A stretch of 64,000 bases of DNA from Tubiluchus corallicola (Eukaryota > Animalia > Priapulida), in contig JAQGDQ010000083.1 of assembly GCA_030141605.1 (NCBI GenBank), positions 248,001-312,000 of the forward strand. Direction: 5' to 3'. The translations under genes and the position numbers were made by a program. The notes beneath the pieces are model-generated. The model saw only the letters and a program-made list of their open reading frames with translations. It ran no database searches and was not told where the DNA came from. Every line of letters begins with the position of its first letter. Position 1 is the stretch's first letter. Positions 21,464 to 45,479 of this stretch are shown in pieces.

Positions 21464-21898
21464 TAGGGGCGGATACAGGTTTTAGAACAACGGTGAGTCC
21501 AACAGAAAAGCACTTACGGGGGTTGGGGGAGCGGTGTAAGCTCCCCAACGAGGTCCACCCGGACAACAACACATTTTACTGCATTTCGACCACTTTTCTG
21601 CCTTCTAAAAGCCATTTCTTCAAGGACGCTCACTAGTTTAGAACAGGTTTCATTTCACCTTTGATTTAAGATTACATGCCAATATATTGATAAACATTAT
21701 ACAGCATACATGAATGTACAATCATTTACATTTGTTTTCTGGTGATACATGAGTTTTACAGATATAAGGCATCTTTAGGATTTAGGAAATCGTTGTAATG
21801 CGTATAATTCAGAGAAAATATTCATTTGGTGTGTTGTAACTGTTACTGTGAAAGGGAGGGCCCAGGCCCCTTGAGCACACCCCCTAAATCAGCCACTG
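21464..21898. mobile_element. hAT-like MITE
   Basis: Termini taggggcggatacagg / cccctaaatcagccactg; degenerate 8-bp flanks atgtaata / ttgtagtc. Confidence 0.55.
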
Positions 21899-23870
21899 TT
21901 GTAGTCTAAATAAAAATGTCATTAAGAAAATAATTTTAAAAAATGAGAGAAAACTAGCAGAAACACGAATAAACAGGTACGCAAGTAAGCGAATCAGCAC
22001 ACAAACAAACGAATCAATGCACGAAAAACAAATAACAGACAAAAAACAACAAACAAACAAATTTTCAATCTGTATGGCACAAGAAAAAAATCAAATAAAT
22101 ATGATTTGACGTTACTAACGTCTAACCTTATTTTTATAAGTGTTTTATCGTCTGCCTTCTGAAGTAATATAGTGGTAACTACTATAATTCACTGGTGCCA
22201 AGAGGTTTCAAATAAAAAAATGAAATGAAAATGTTAACGCGCAAATCTTATTCTGCTGAATCTGTGATACCTCACCAAATGTAAGGCAACGGAATTTCTA
22301 TGATGCTTGTTTTTCAGGCAAAACACACAAGTAGTTATTGAATATTGGCTACTGGACACATGTAAACAAAAGAAATTACAAAATTCACGATGATAGATCG
22401 AGTAATTATCTATATTTCACGTTAAAGCAAGTTTAAGCCATCAAGTACTGCCAACATGTAAAATCTAGTTTGCAACCAGCTTTCTCATGCTGAAAATGTT
22501 TACTTAAACTATTTCTGTTTTAAACCTAATCACAAAAAAACGTTACTTAAATATTTTTTTAAATTTACAATTCTTTAACACTAAAACTTTTCTGACAGCA
22601 CTTAGCAAAAAAAAACAACTCTTTTTAAAGTAATTTTTCTCTCTATTCACGTACAGCTATATTCTATCTTATTAATGTTGATTAACGAACATTCATTTGA
22701 ATCTTATAAGGTTCGGGAGCTGACACTAGGAAACCAAAATGTGGTTCTAAGCTCGGTTTAGGAGCACCAGGGGGTAGCTGAATGTCAAAGTTTTGCAGTA
22801 TGCTCGTGAAGTATAAAAACAGCTCCATTCTTGCCAAAGCTTCACCAAGACAGACACGTCGACCTAAACAAACAAAACTATTTTATAAAACTCTAGTGCG
22901 CCATAATAGGACTTGCACATGTTTTTCTCTTAATACTCTGCTGATACTAGTAAGTTCGTTTTGTCTTCTTTTGAACTGATTTTAAAATGATTCTTCATTT
23001 CATTTTGCAGTTACCGTTAATGGTTTTTATTGAAGCTGCAAAAGCCGTTTTTACAAACCTGCATGTTGCATTAGAACTTTCATTGATTAGGCCTATTTGC
23101 AAGCGGTTTTAGGCCGATAATTTCCATACTACTGAAAGTGGTAGAACGTATTCAGGATCTTTGGAAACATAAACAGAGTCTTACTTACATTCAAAGACTC
23201 ACATTCAAATCGCAAAGAATACAAAGGGCCCATTAAGACACAGAAGTTTTCGTTTTTCACAGGACCTTTGTTAGCTGTAAGGTAGAGATAAGGCACATTG
23301 TCTTATTTATGATTACGATAATGGGACGTCTCAGAAGAGCACTGTTTGATTTTACTTCTGTTCATGCTGCATGTGCATAACTGCAAAATTAAAAGTGTGT
23401 ACGATTTGGTAGCATTGTGACATTATTTAGTTAAATTGCTAATGGACTAAATAACTATTCTATATTGTGGTATTATTTTTACTGACGGTGATCAAGTTCA
23501 GTTACATGACTAACTACCTTTCAGGAATTTGTGATTGCCTGTCCTATAAAAATGCCTTTCTAGTGGGCTATACCCGTGTCCCTCTGGCAAGATTGAAACT
23601 CCCTTTGTGTTTTCGAATGAGAGCCAAGGCGAGCATTATATAGACATAAAACACTTTTTGATATGTTGGCTTGATTTGTTGGAGATTTGTCTTCAACACT
23701 GTCCTATAAGAAAATGTCTTCCTTGTTGGCTATACCTATGTCCTTTTAACAAGATTCAAATTCCCTTTGTGAGTTTGTACGAGAGCGCAGATGAGCATTA
23801 TATATGTATACATACATATATATAATGTATACATATATATATGTTTACATTATATATATGTATAATAGGA

Positions 23871-23905
<35 letters not shown>

Positions 23906-24061
23906 ACACTTTTTTAGAAAAATGGGCTAGATGTGTTGGAGGTTAGTGGCATGCAATGGTGGACGCATCACATTGCCTAACCAGGTGTTAATGTGTAACA
24001 AAAGGTATGCTGCTTCCAAGTAATAAAATGTCTATAACCAAAACATTGCTCTACTTTGTGT

Positions 24062-24135
24062 CAGGTGTCTGTGTGGTTACAACACCTGAAAGCCAATCCA
24101 GAGGTTCTTGGTTCGAATCCAAGTTTCAACACCTG
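24062..24135 (+). mobile_element. tRNA-derived SINE head / tRNA pseudogene
   Basis: A-box-like gtgtggtta and B-box ggttcgaatcc at tRNA spacing. No proper cloverleaf acceptor stem. Confidence 0.55.
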
Positions 24136-25649
24136 TGCAAACTCTGATCACCTTTCTAGCCTTACTCAAACTTAACCGATAATTGGTTATGTATTGGTGA
24201 AAGAAAAAAAGGTCTATCTGCCTGTCCTTCCCTTCTGATGAGGTTTTGTAAATAGATGCTATAACCATCTATCCCACACCCCCTCCATTAGAAGGTTTTC
24301 TTTTTCTTCTTCTTTCTCTATGTGTAAAATAAATCTCACCAACTGAAAATGGAATTACTGCATCATTCTTTACAAACTCTCCTTTGTCGTTCAAATGGCG
24401 TTCAGGACGGAAGTGATTAGGTTCCGGAAACATGACCGGATCCTGATGGATGGCAGTCAAGTTCAACATTACAGTCGTACGAGCTGGTATTCTGTAGCCT
24501 TGAAACGTCACCTCTTTTGAAGTGGAATGTGGTACTCCAAGTGGTACAATGTTTCCTGAAAATGTGTTGAAAATACTACTTTCAAAAGACCAAAAATTGC
24601 AGGCCATCACAAATGACTAGTATCATGTTGCTTTAGCTCTGGATGTAAATACGAAACAACATTTTAAAAGCCTTTTTGTAAGTTCTATGATATAAGCTAC
24701 ATATATATGGAAAAAAGTGCCATGGAAAAAATTAGAAAATTAGGATGATAGTAGCAATGAATGTTAATATAGTTTGTAAATCATCAGTATGGTCAACAAA
24801 AAATTTCTTATTTTTGCCAACACTTTCATTACCCATTCTTTGTATTTCAGTTAAAGTTGCTTCCGTGAAAGGCATGTTTGGTTTGTCGGCTACAGATGGC
24901 AGCCTTGATTTTCCAATGACGTCATCAATTTCTTTCTGCACGCGTTTCTGTACATCGGGATAATGCAGCAAGTAAATAAACGCCCAATAAAGTGTTGATG
25001 ACGTGGTTTCGGTTCCAGCAAAGAAACAGTCTGCTGCAACCCACATAAGCTCACTAACTGAAAAAAAGTTAAATACTTACTATTTTAACAGATTTGGCAC
25101 CCATTATTGCAAAAAATCAATAATTTGTATTTTACTGAATTTATCTATTAGTGTCACAATAATTAAGTGTTTCGAGTGATTTTTCGAAGTTGTTAATATG
25201 CTAGAACCCTTTTAACATGCTAAAAGAGGCAGAGAAAAGGGAAGTGAGCTAACCTGGAACTCTGTCACGTCAAATCGCCCCATATTTAAGATATTTCAAG
25301 GTTTAGTTGTGAATTTATATGAACAATAATTGATTAAATAACCTTGCATCTCGACTTTTGAATTAAAAGTCTCTGATATTTTGTTTGATTTTTTTCTTGT
25401 AAACACATTTCTTTAGTGTCAGAATTGAAAATGAAGAAGCCATCTCATCTCAACTCGGGTTTAACTCATTTCTCTTCTGATCATGTCAGAAATCTTATTT
25501 TACTGCTACAACGTCATTAAAATTGATTACACTTATTAAAAATTTGACTTCAAGTGCTTTTTGAAATTGCTTTTCCACGTTTACTTATTTCTACTCTAAA
25601 CTGTGTCGTTTGCACGATTCTCGTCCTTTGTCAACATGGTTGCAACCAA

Positions 25650-26255
25650 AATTAAAGCAAAACAGGATCCAATCTTAAACTGTAGGTCAAAACAATCAAC
25701 TCTTTCAAATATTGAAAGGAAACATACTATTTTTTCAAAAATGACTTACGTGAAAGAATTATTACCACACAAACACAATTTCATGTTCGTACCACTAGTT
25801 CTTCGCTGTTACAGGCCTTTCGCCTTTCGCTAGTTAAACGGGCATTAGCACCTGCATTTGGGAAACGCATTGCACAAAAAACGGGTGCTGTACCTCTCAG
25901 TTCAAATGTGCTAGTCTGTGACAAACGTACACCGTTTCGAAAGCTCATACGTGATCACAGCGGTATATTTGAAATTTGAATTTTTATCTTAAAACTTGCT
26001 GAATATTTTACAGTAGCATTGTACTTCAATTTTTGCTTTCGCAAACACGTGCAACACACTCGTGGAATATTTTTGTTGTTGAAAATTATGTTAATTTGTG
26101 ATGTCATGAATAGTTGGGCTCGCCTGCCGTTAATTAAGTTTGTAATCTATTATTTAATTATCAGAAATGCGTTTGTAGTATTAATTGTCTAAAAATGTGT
26201 ACTTTTTATCAGTGTTGAAAATGGGGTAGTATATGAAAAATCGTCCTGTCTTGCT
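25650..26255. mobile_element. Dispersed repeat, copy 2
   Basis: Homologous to 11250-11830 (gtaggtcaaaacaatc..aaaaatgacttacgtgaaagaattattaccacacaaac..gtatatgaaaaatc). Confidence 0.65.
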
Positions 26256-26548
26256 TACTCAGAGAGGTACAAAACAGCTCAAAAAAGCTTAGAGACATTA
26301 TAATCAAAAGCCAATGTAAAAATTTTGTCACCATTACAGTTAGAGTACAATATTAGGTTACTGGAATGGATTTGGAATTAATACAATGGATTTTCATTAA
26401 ATAAGAGAAACAAAGTCATCTGGATTGTACGTTTTCGTGTGTTCGTCCACATGGCTTTTTATAAAGTCCATAATGTGAAATTCATTTTCCATGAACTTCT
26501 TGTATCTGAAATAATGATGACTAAGCAGTTAATTTCTAGGAAAGCTGA

Positions 26549-27328
26549 GGCCCATTTCACAGTGAAGACGCGCAACAGAATGCCTAGAGGAGAAATTCTT
26601 TGAGGAATTCCTCGCGAAAATGAAACACATTGTTTTCTATGGCGCCTTTCACAGTGAGGACGCGCAGCAAAATTCCTCGTGCAATTCCTCTTGGGGAATT
26701 CTGCTGCCAGCTAGCAGCTATGCGTCCTCCTCGTAAGGAATTTTGCCTGTATGTTCCATTTTCTTGAAGAATTCTCGTAGAATTCAGTCTTTAATTTAAC
26801 TACTTTGTTAATTGTTTCTTATTTAACGAACAACAATTAACACGTTTCAGCAGATTTAATTTCTAAGATTTAATTTCTCCTTTAACAGACTGACGATTTT
26901 GTGTTTTTTTAATGCAACATCGATGGCTATATTCGTAAAAACAAAAATAACGAATATATTTATGTTATACTGTACATGTATATTTTTAGATTTTGAAGTC
27001 ATTAGTAAAACTTTACTAAAAACAAACAGGTGTAAAAATACTTTGATTAATAAATACTTTTGCTAATTGTACTTTGCATATGAGAAATTCGGTAAGCAAA
27101 ACTTAATTTAAACATGATTATACAGTATAAAACTTGCGAAGTAGTTGCAGTTAAGTTGAGTTAACTGCGCGTGCGGAAAAAACCGCGCAATTTCACTGTG
27201 AAATGAACTACCTTGCTGCATGTAAATGGGATTTCGAGAAAAATTGGAAATTTTCATAAATATTTTCTGATTTTCTGACAGCAGTTCCGTACGTCATTTT
27301 TCTTTGCGTCCTCGCTGTGAAATGAGCT
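26549..27328. mobile_element. PIF/Harbinger-like MITE
   Basis: TIRs ggcccatttcacagtgaagacgc / gcgtcctcgctgtgaaatgagct; 3-bp flanks tga / tta; internal subterminal TIR copies at ~26641 and ~27190. Confidence 0.75.
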
Positions 27329-30045
27329 TTACTGAACAAATAACTCGAAGTATTTTTACTTTTTCAACACCACTGATTGAAATGAAGGCATTCGGTTTTT
27401 ACTTATATGCATAAGAAAAGAACAGAGTCAAAATCGCTGTTTATCAATCTTTAACACGTAACAGATAATACACGTAATAATCAATGTTCCCAAACATTTA
27501 AACGCCAATCAACACTATTTATATTTATGTTGTTGAATTTAGCGTTAATAGACTATCATGTAGGTAAATATTCTGACCAAAGTCCATAACCTAGTAGCCT
27601 TTGATCTACAAAGAGTAACCAGTGGCTTAATGGTCTGGAGATCTATTTTTGTTGAAAAGAAGCTCTCTATTTCCACAAAATATATTGTTGTTTTATTTTT
27701 AGCCTAGTGCGGCCGCGGCAGGATTCAAGGCCAGGCACACAAACGAACAGGGTGACTTTTAAACATCAAGAATTAAATGGTATTAATAATCACTGGCTTA
27801 TTGTAAGAGCATGTAAGAACGGACACTCTACGCGCATAAAGAAATTGATAACTGGTAACACATGTCAAAAATTAACAATGTTCTAAAGTTAACCGTAACT
27901 AAATTTGTAACAATTACCGGATTTCTATAAATTGGACATCTGGTAACAAAGAGAGTAAATGCTAAGGTTGACGCTAGAACACAGAAGAGCTGTATTGGCA
28001 ACGAATATTTGCGCAAATGTGTTACCATTCGGGGATTGGCTTTTTTGGTGATCAATCGACAATCGACTAGTAATCAATTACCAATCAGTCTCTGCCACCT
28101 CACGAACAAAGGAACAACTTTAGATGAAACCAAACTACTCGAATAAGAAGAAATATGTGAGCCTACTACACCAAAAAATCAGTAGTTTCAGTGTAATAAA
28201 TTACTGATTGTTAAACAAAAATGCCAAAAAATGCTCAAAATGGCCAATAGCGCTTCATGAATGAGATTGTTTCCTAATTTAGCTACAACAGGTTTTGCAC
28301 GATGAGTAAGATCGTCTGACCCACCTTGATCTAAATCCTGGGAGATACCTCAGCCACGGAAAGACATCAATAAACCCAGTAATGTCAGGATTTTGGACAT
28401 CTTGAGCAATGTAGTCCATTAACTTGATAAATGCCGAGTCATCGTATTCGTAACGGTTTCCAAATACTATGGAACATATGACATTTGAAATTGTATTTGA
28501 AAGATATAGTTTAGGATCGAAAGGTTTGCCTTCCTTATCCTTTAGCTCGTTCAGAAAGGCTGATATTTCTTCTTTTATCTTCTTCTCCAAGCTAATCTTT
28601 CCCATTCCAAACTCTTTGAGTTTACTCAGAGCAAATTTTCTCTGTTCTTTCCATCGTCTTCCTTCTGACATCACAAGCCCTGTAATCCAAAAGTGCAACA
28701 TTAGGGCCTGTTCACACTTACATGATGAAATAACTTTGCAAACAATGTTACAGTAATTTCTTGCTTTTCACTGTCCAGTGTTTATTGTTTAGTCTCTTTG
28801 GATTGTAGTTTCTTATTAGATGTTTAAGTTGCATAACAGGATAACAGGATCTAGCAATAATGTTGTTCACAATCTATGTTGCAAAATCAATCAACCAACC
28901 AATATCCCTGAATTATTGGGTCGTAATATTGAATTATTGACTTTCTTCGAAAGAATTTAGTGATTAAGTTTTAGGTATACGGCTAGCAAAATTACCTGAA
29001 GCGTCCACGTCCAATGAAGCAAATAGTTGCATACCTGTATTACACAATGCTTCATTGTTTGCAGTACTATTCTCGAATAGTCATAGGTCATCTATTTCAC
29101 ATTACACATTTACAATAGTTTCATGTACAATATCTAGTGAAAGAGCTTACAATGAACATAATACAAATAAGAAATACTGCACAGGAAAAGCCTCATACAC
29201 CGTTCACTTATATACGAAGGTAAATGTGTTGAGGACAATCAAAATGCAGGGCTTGTTAGATTGTCCCACACAGTGATAGAAAAAAAGTAATGGAGATAAT
29301 CTGAAAATTTAAAGTGAATCGTGATTAAAAAAACATTAGTGCTTAAAATGGAATGCTGTAATGAATCAAGCTGATATATATAGGATGATATAAAAGATAG
29401 AAAGACTATTATTTGTTAATAGTATGTAAAATTAAGATAACTTCATTAAGCTAACACAACTGTTTTGCAACTACTGTGAGGATGGAATTTGTGTAACTTC
29501 CCCACCATACTCGTTTGCTAACTTGGATGGATTTATAAACTACATAAGTTAACATACCAAAATTTTCAAGCTTTTTTGCAAAGGTCTCTGATATTTTAAA
29601 TCACTTGTTCAAGATCAAAGAAATCTTGGCTTTTTGAATATATAAATTAGACATTAAGAAAGCGGTTCTTTAAAAACACAACTACAAATGCTATATGATC
29701 GCAGTACTTACCACGCATTTCATCGTCTCCCATAATTTCACCGATTGTAAAACTTTCGAACCTTCCAGAAAATACATCTCCATGTTTCAGAAAAGCTTCA
29801 CGACCCGTTTCAAAATCGTTGATGACCACGTTGAAAGTTGGTCCTATGTACAGCCCGAAAATGTTGCCATACCGTTTTGTGAGCTTTTCAAAATACGCGG
29901 TTGGGTCCTTTCCCATTGAGAACATCGAACCAACGATGGGCCAGCCCACAGGGCCCGGCGGTGCCCCTTCGGGACGTTTCTTCCACTGCCATACAAATAG
30001 TAACAAAATGAGCAAAACTGCCGCGATGAGCAACGTTGGAAACAT

Positions 30046-30384
30046 TGTTATTGCTGATAACAAAACAGAATTTTTATATTGCAGTTTCAGAGTAGCGAAC
30101 CTAACTCCAGTTGGCAAGCAGAGCTGTCTATTTCGTATAGCGTGCTGGCTGTGGAACCAGGAGTCCGTATTATGTTTACTAATGTAAATAAGTTCCAAAT
30201 CAATAAACGCCACTCAAGGCCATTTACCCAGGAATGCGCAGTAGGTACTAGCGCAGTTTCTAGGGTCTTATAATCGAGATAGTACAGTATTTACAAAGCT
30301 GCGTCACGTGGTCGACGCCTTCCGTGTGTATGTATGTATGTATGTGTGTATGAATATTTTAACATAAAAAATTATTTTACCGTC
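30046..30384. promoter_or_regulatory. Bidirectional promoter between CYP-B and CYP-C
   Basis: Divergent ATGs at 30045 and 30385. XRE-type TAGCGTG at 30138-30144; ARE GTGACGCAGC on the minus strand at 30298-30307, overlapping E-box CACGTG. Confidence 0.6.
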
Positions 30385-40925
<10,541 letters not shown>

Positions 40926-40935
40926 GAAACTATAA

Positions 40936-40996
40936 ACACGCACGCATACGTACGCACACGTACGCACACACGCACACACACACACGTATGCATGCA

Positions 40997-41036
<40 letters not shown>

Positions 41037-41172
41037 CACACATGCACACACATGCACACACACACACACACACACACGCATGCACACACACACACACACA
41101 CACACGTATGCACGCACGCACACACACACACACGCACGCACTCACGCATGCACACGCATGCACACACACACA

Positions 41173-41204
<32 letters not shown>

Positions 41205-41206
41205 CA
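40936..41206. repeat. (CA)n/(CGCA)n microsatellite just after the CYP-C stop codon
   Basis: Read directly from the sequence. Confidence 0.95.
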
Positions 41207-41616
41207 ACAGTTTTAAGCATGCTATAAGCCTACTTGTGAATAACATTATGAATATTATGAATAACATACTTTTAATAAAGCTGTATATAATGGATGTGAA
41301 TAAAATTACTTTTAACCAATTTTTGAACATCGTTTGTGAGTTGCCACTAACAATATTAATTTAATTTTTTATGGTTTTAAATATGGTGAAGTTCTACAAA
41401 CGTTCTCTGTCAAGTCTTGAAGGAAACCATTTACTTGCTAACTGAACATTTTGTATCATACGTACACAACTCTTGATCCAAATTAAATCTGACAAACTAT
41501 TCAGCAAAAGCATAACTGTGCAACATTAGATTTCTTTCGAGTCATTAACCTTGCAAGATGCTGATGAAAATAGTTCATGAAGACCCATTTTGTATCGGTA
41601 TGTAATTGAGTACTTA

Positions 41617-41989
41617 CAGGCCCTATTTTAGGGGGGGGGGTTAAGTGGGGACAATTCCCCGGGGCCTCACCCTCCAGGGGGCCTGATGCCAAGGTAACAT
41701 TTTTTTGCTTTATGCGAACATACTTCCTCCGCTCCCCCCTCTCTCTCTCTTGCCGCACGCGCGCCGTTTGCCAGTATTGACAAGTATTAAGGACTGGTTT
41801 TGAGAATAAAGCAGTTTTTCTTTCAATTGTTCTTTCCTTTAACAACTGTGTAACTCCATGTTTTCTCTTCGAAAATGCTTCTCCGGCGTTCTAGCAGTTC
41901 AAAATTTTTCTGGGCGCTTTGCCCTCCCCCTCGAGGGGGCCTCACACGCCCCACTTTCCCGGGCCTCTCTTAAGCTGAAAGAGGCCCTG
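41617..41989. mobile_element. hAT MITE
   Basis: Perfect 8-bp TSD AGTACTTA on both sides; termini caggccctatttta / tgaaagaggccctg; GC-rich subterminal gggggcctc motifs. Confidence 0.88.
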
Positions 41990-42073
41990 AGTACTTAACT
42001 ACAAATGTTACTTTTAATTATAAATGTTATGCTAATTAATTAAGCTAATATCTGTGAACTAATACCAGATACC

Positions 42074-42399
42074 TGTTATAGCATGTCATTTAACTCTCAC
42101 AATATAAAACACAAAAATTACACTGTACGGAGTTTATTACCAGCACTTATAGGGGAACAAAATACACACACAAAAAATAGCTAAGTAACAGCACTACGCC
42201 CGAGGAGCAGCTGTGTCACAAATCAAGGCTCTAGTGACCTCTACACGCTTTTTTACTGGCATTCCAGGGCTGCTGGCTTCTTCCACCACGTGTAGGCCCA
42301 AACAAGACGTCTGGACCTACAAAAAAGGGGTGAGTCGCTGCTGACGTGAAAGCAGGGCGTGTAGAGGGCCCTACACCCGACACAGGTGCCTCTGTAACA
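42074..42399 (-). mobile_element. Possible solo LTR at the left edge of the 5S array
   Basis: Minus strand starts TGTTACA and ends TATAACA, with TATAAG and AATAAA inside. GC-rich relative to the flanks. No clear TSD. Confidence 0.4.
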
Positions 42400-43105
42400 T
42401 TATACATGAACGAGCAAACCTTCTTAGTATTGTAATGCAAAGTATAAATAAAAATATCACATGAAATTATAAAGTATCGGGGAGGTTCAAATACCGTGCT
42501 CAAGTATATTATCTTTTAAATATGACGCAATTAAACATGGGAATGATCAAGCATGAACAAGCAAAAAGAATACACATTTAAAAATATCAGTCAGAACAAA
42601 AATCCATTTTTGAGTGGTGCAGAAGATTTTACAGCATTTGTCATCACCCTTCCTGACCATTTAAAAAAAATTTAAGCACCAAGTTAAGAAGTTAGCAATA
42701 CCAGAATTCCCGGACAGTCACCCATTCAAACGCAAAACCAGGTTCGAGATTGCTTAACTTCTGCATTTCGTTAAAGAGAGATAATATAGAAATAATAGAT
42801 AGATTAAGGTGAACGTAGGAACAAAGTATCTGTTTTGAATTTTTATATGAAAATCAAAAATAATTTTTGAAGGGCAGTGGCTGATTTTCTAGTTTTATTT
42901 TCATTTTTGTTCACTTTGTGTGATATTCGAGAAACGTAACAAATAGATAGTCTTTCACATTAAAATGCCAAAAAAAATCAACGTAATGTCGAGACAGACA
43001 TTTATTTCCACCACTTCAACTTCCAAAAATCAAAAACAATACTGTCAAAATGATATGGTCGTGTTGTGCACACACTTTGATTGTTAATAATCACTCTAGC
43101 AAAAA

Positions 43106-43224
43106 AGTCTACAGCACGTGGTATTCCTAGGCGGTCCCCTATCCAAGTACTAACCACACTCTGCATTGCTTAACTTCGGTGATCAGACGAGAACCGGTGT
43201 ATTCAATGTAATATGGCCGTAGAC
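43106..43224 (-). rRNA. 5S rRNA gene (a few substitutions)
   Basis: Minus strand GTCTACGGCCATATTACATTGAATACACCGGTTCTCGTCTGATCACCGAAGTTAAGC..GTGCTGTAGACT followed by a T-run terminator. Confidence 0.9.
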
Positions 43225-43870
43225 ATTAGCAGTTTCTTAAGATGAGTTAACATAGAAATGATGTACATGAATAAACAAACCTTTTTAGTATTTTAATGCA
43301 AAGTATAAATAGAAATATCATATGAAATTCTAAAATATCAGAGATGTTAAAATACCGTGCTCAAGTCTATTACCTTCTAAATATGACATAATTAAACATG
43401 GGAATGATCAAGCATGAACAAGCAAAGAGATCCTTCATTTAAAAATATCAGTCAGAACAAAAATCCATTTTTGAGTGTTGAAGAAGATTTTACAGCTTTT
43501 GTCATCAGCCTTCCTGACCATTTAAAAAAATGTCAGTCCCGGGCAGTCACCCATTCAAACGCAAAACCAAACCAGGTTCGAGGTTGCGTAACTTCTGTAT
43601 TTCGTTAAAAGAGATAATATAGAAATAATAGATAGATTAAGGTGAACGTAGTAACAAAGTATCTGTTTTGAATTTTTGTGTGTAGTATTTGAGAAACGTA
43701 ACAAATAGATAGTTTTAGACATTAAAATGCAAAGCAAATAAAAATCAAAATAATGTTCAGACAGACACTTATTCCTATCACTTCTACTTCCAAAAGTCAG
43801 AAACAATTCTGCAAAAATGAAATGGTCGTGTTGTGCACACACTTCAATAGTTAATAGGCACTAGCAAAAA

Positions 43871-43990
43871 AGTCAACAGCACGTAGTATTCCTAGGCGGT
43901 CACCCATCCAAGTACTAACCAGGGTCTCTACATTACTTAACTTTGGGGATCAGACGAAAACCGGTGTTTTCAACGTGATTTGGCTGTAGC
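43871..43990 (-). pseudogene. Degenerate 5S rRNA copy at the block edge
   Basis: Full-length 5S alignment with more than 10 differences from the array consensus. Confidence 0.85.
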
Positions 43991-44697
43991 TTGCTCGGCA
44001 CAGCACAAGTAGTATTTATAGTATTCATAATCTAGTAAAACCAGGTGTACGATAAAACAGCATTGGATTAGAGAGTTGTCTTCGCTGCCATCATATATTC
44101 CTATGAGAAAAATACAAATGAGAAATGTGTTACGTTTGACCATTTTCCAAGTTAATGGGACATGCTAAACCGATAAGAACTGGAATTAACTAATTTACTA
44201 GTAATAATTAACAACGAATAGCAGTCTTACTAGGAGATTCTGTAGCGTGTACATCTTGACTGTACGTGATTAGTTTTTGAGTACATCTTGTACAACTTGT
44301 AAAGCTCTCAACTGAAATAACTATTATAGTAAATCAAGCAATCATTGGCAAATTCAAAATGATAATTGCTGCAGTTTGCAATATTTGATTTGACTCCTTG
44401 GGCTTTTACCCATTATTTCTCAGATGCATACCTTTCGTCTCCGCTAGTGAGTGACCAAATGTGAGGTTATGCAAGACCTTGGAGTAACTTGGATCAACTT
44501 TTCATCGATTATGTCATTGCATGTCACATTACAATTTCGTGATTCTTGAAGATTACACTATTTGTATGTTTTGTGTCATTTTGTCTGTTTATCTATTTGT
44601 GTTTTTATTTCTTCGTAGCTTGAATATTGATTTTGTCTTAATTGTCTGCAGATAAATCACACAAATAAATAAGTAATTGTAAGTTTTTTAAATTATT

Positions 44698-44900
44698 TAC
44701 TGAATGAGTGAACGAATGACTGACTGACTGACTGACTGACTGACCGACCGACCGACTGACCGACCGACCGACCGACCGACCGACCGACCGAATGACTGAC
44801 TGACTGACTGACTGACTGACTGACTGACTGACTGACTGACTGACTGACTGACTGACTGACTGACTGACTGACTGACTAACTGAATAAATGAATGAATGAT
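44698..44900. repeat. (GACT/GACC)n microsatellite
   Basis: Read directly from the sequence. Confidence 0.95.
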
Positions 44901-45479
44901 TGTGTGTGAATAAACGATTGAGTGAATTAATAAACAAACTAGCAAAGGCCCCGCAAAAAAATTTTGCTTATAAATCCACTCATAATCAAATATGCGCAAA
45001 CATTCTACCTAGTGTTTGTCTGTTTATCTAACGCAAAGCCAGAAGCTTTTACTGAATTAAAGTTACAGGCAGAGTATAATGGATGACGTCACAACAATGG
45101 CTTTGCGTCAGCAGTTTTCCAAGCGAAAATTGCCAAAAATAGAACATCTAATTAAGTCGTCGTCACTGCTCTTGATGGACGTGTCCTAATATAGCCCACA
45201 TCATCGTATAGCCCTGTTCTTCCCCTTTCTAAAGAGCTGTATATCTCCCTTCGAGAGTCCCACCAGGTGCCGTCAGAACGTTTTTTTCTGCAGGCTGTTT
45301 GAGCAAAAAAATTTCAAAAAAATCACTGGTAATATTTGTTATTTTAGTGTTTCATGGGAGTGGTAAAGTACGTTATAATTGCCGAGGAATGTATAAAAGT
45401 TAAATAACTGTTATATTATATGAAAATATAATGGTAAATAACCAAATTTAATATTAATTATATTTTGTTTTTAATAAAG

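Larger units (their letters stand above)
22682..30045 (-). pseudogene. Cytochrome P450 CYP2-like paralogue B; five exons intact, exon 3 disrupted
   Basis: Exons 30045-29712, 28679-28325, 26505-?, 25057-24833, 24555-24340, 22863-22682. Motifs PPGP, FFAGTETT, EIQR, PERH, FSVGRRVCLG. Exon 3 reads RYKKFMENEFHIMDFIKSHVDEHTKTYNPDDFVSLI then TAA (26399-26397), with no phase-1 donor before the stop. Confidence 0.72.
42400..43990 (-). repeat. 5S rDNA array block 1 (two units with spacers)
   Basis: Spacer sequences are homologous to those at 52265-57400. Confidence 0.9.

Noticed and set aside
24062-24135. Functional tRNA gene
   Set aside because: A B-box is present but the acceptor and anticodon stems do not form a proper cloverleaf; treated as a SINE head.
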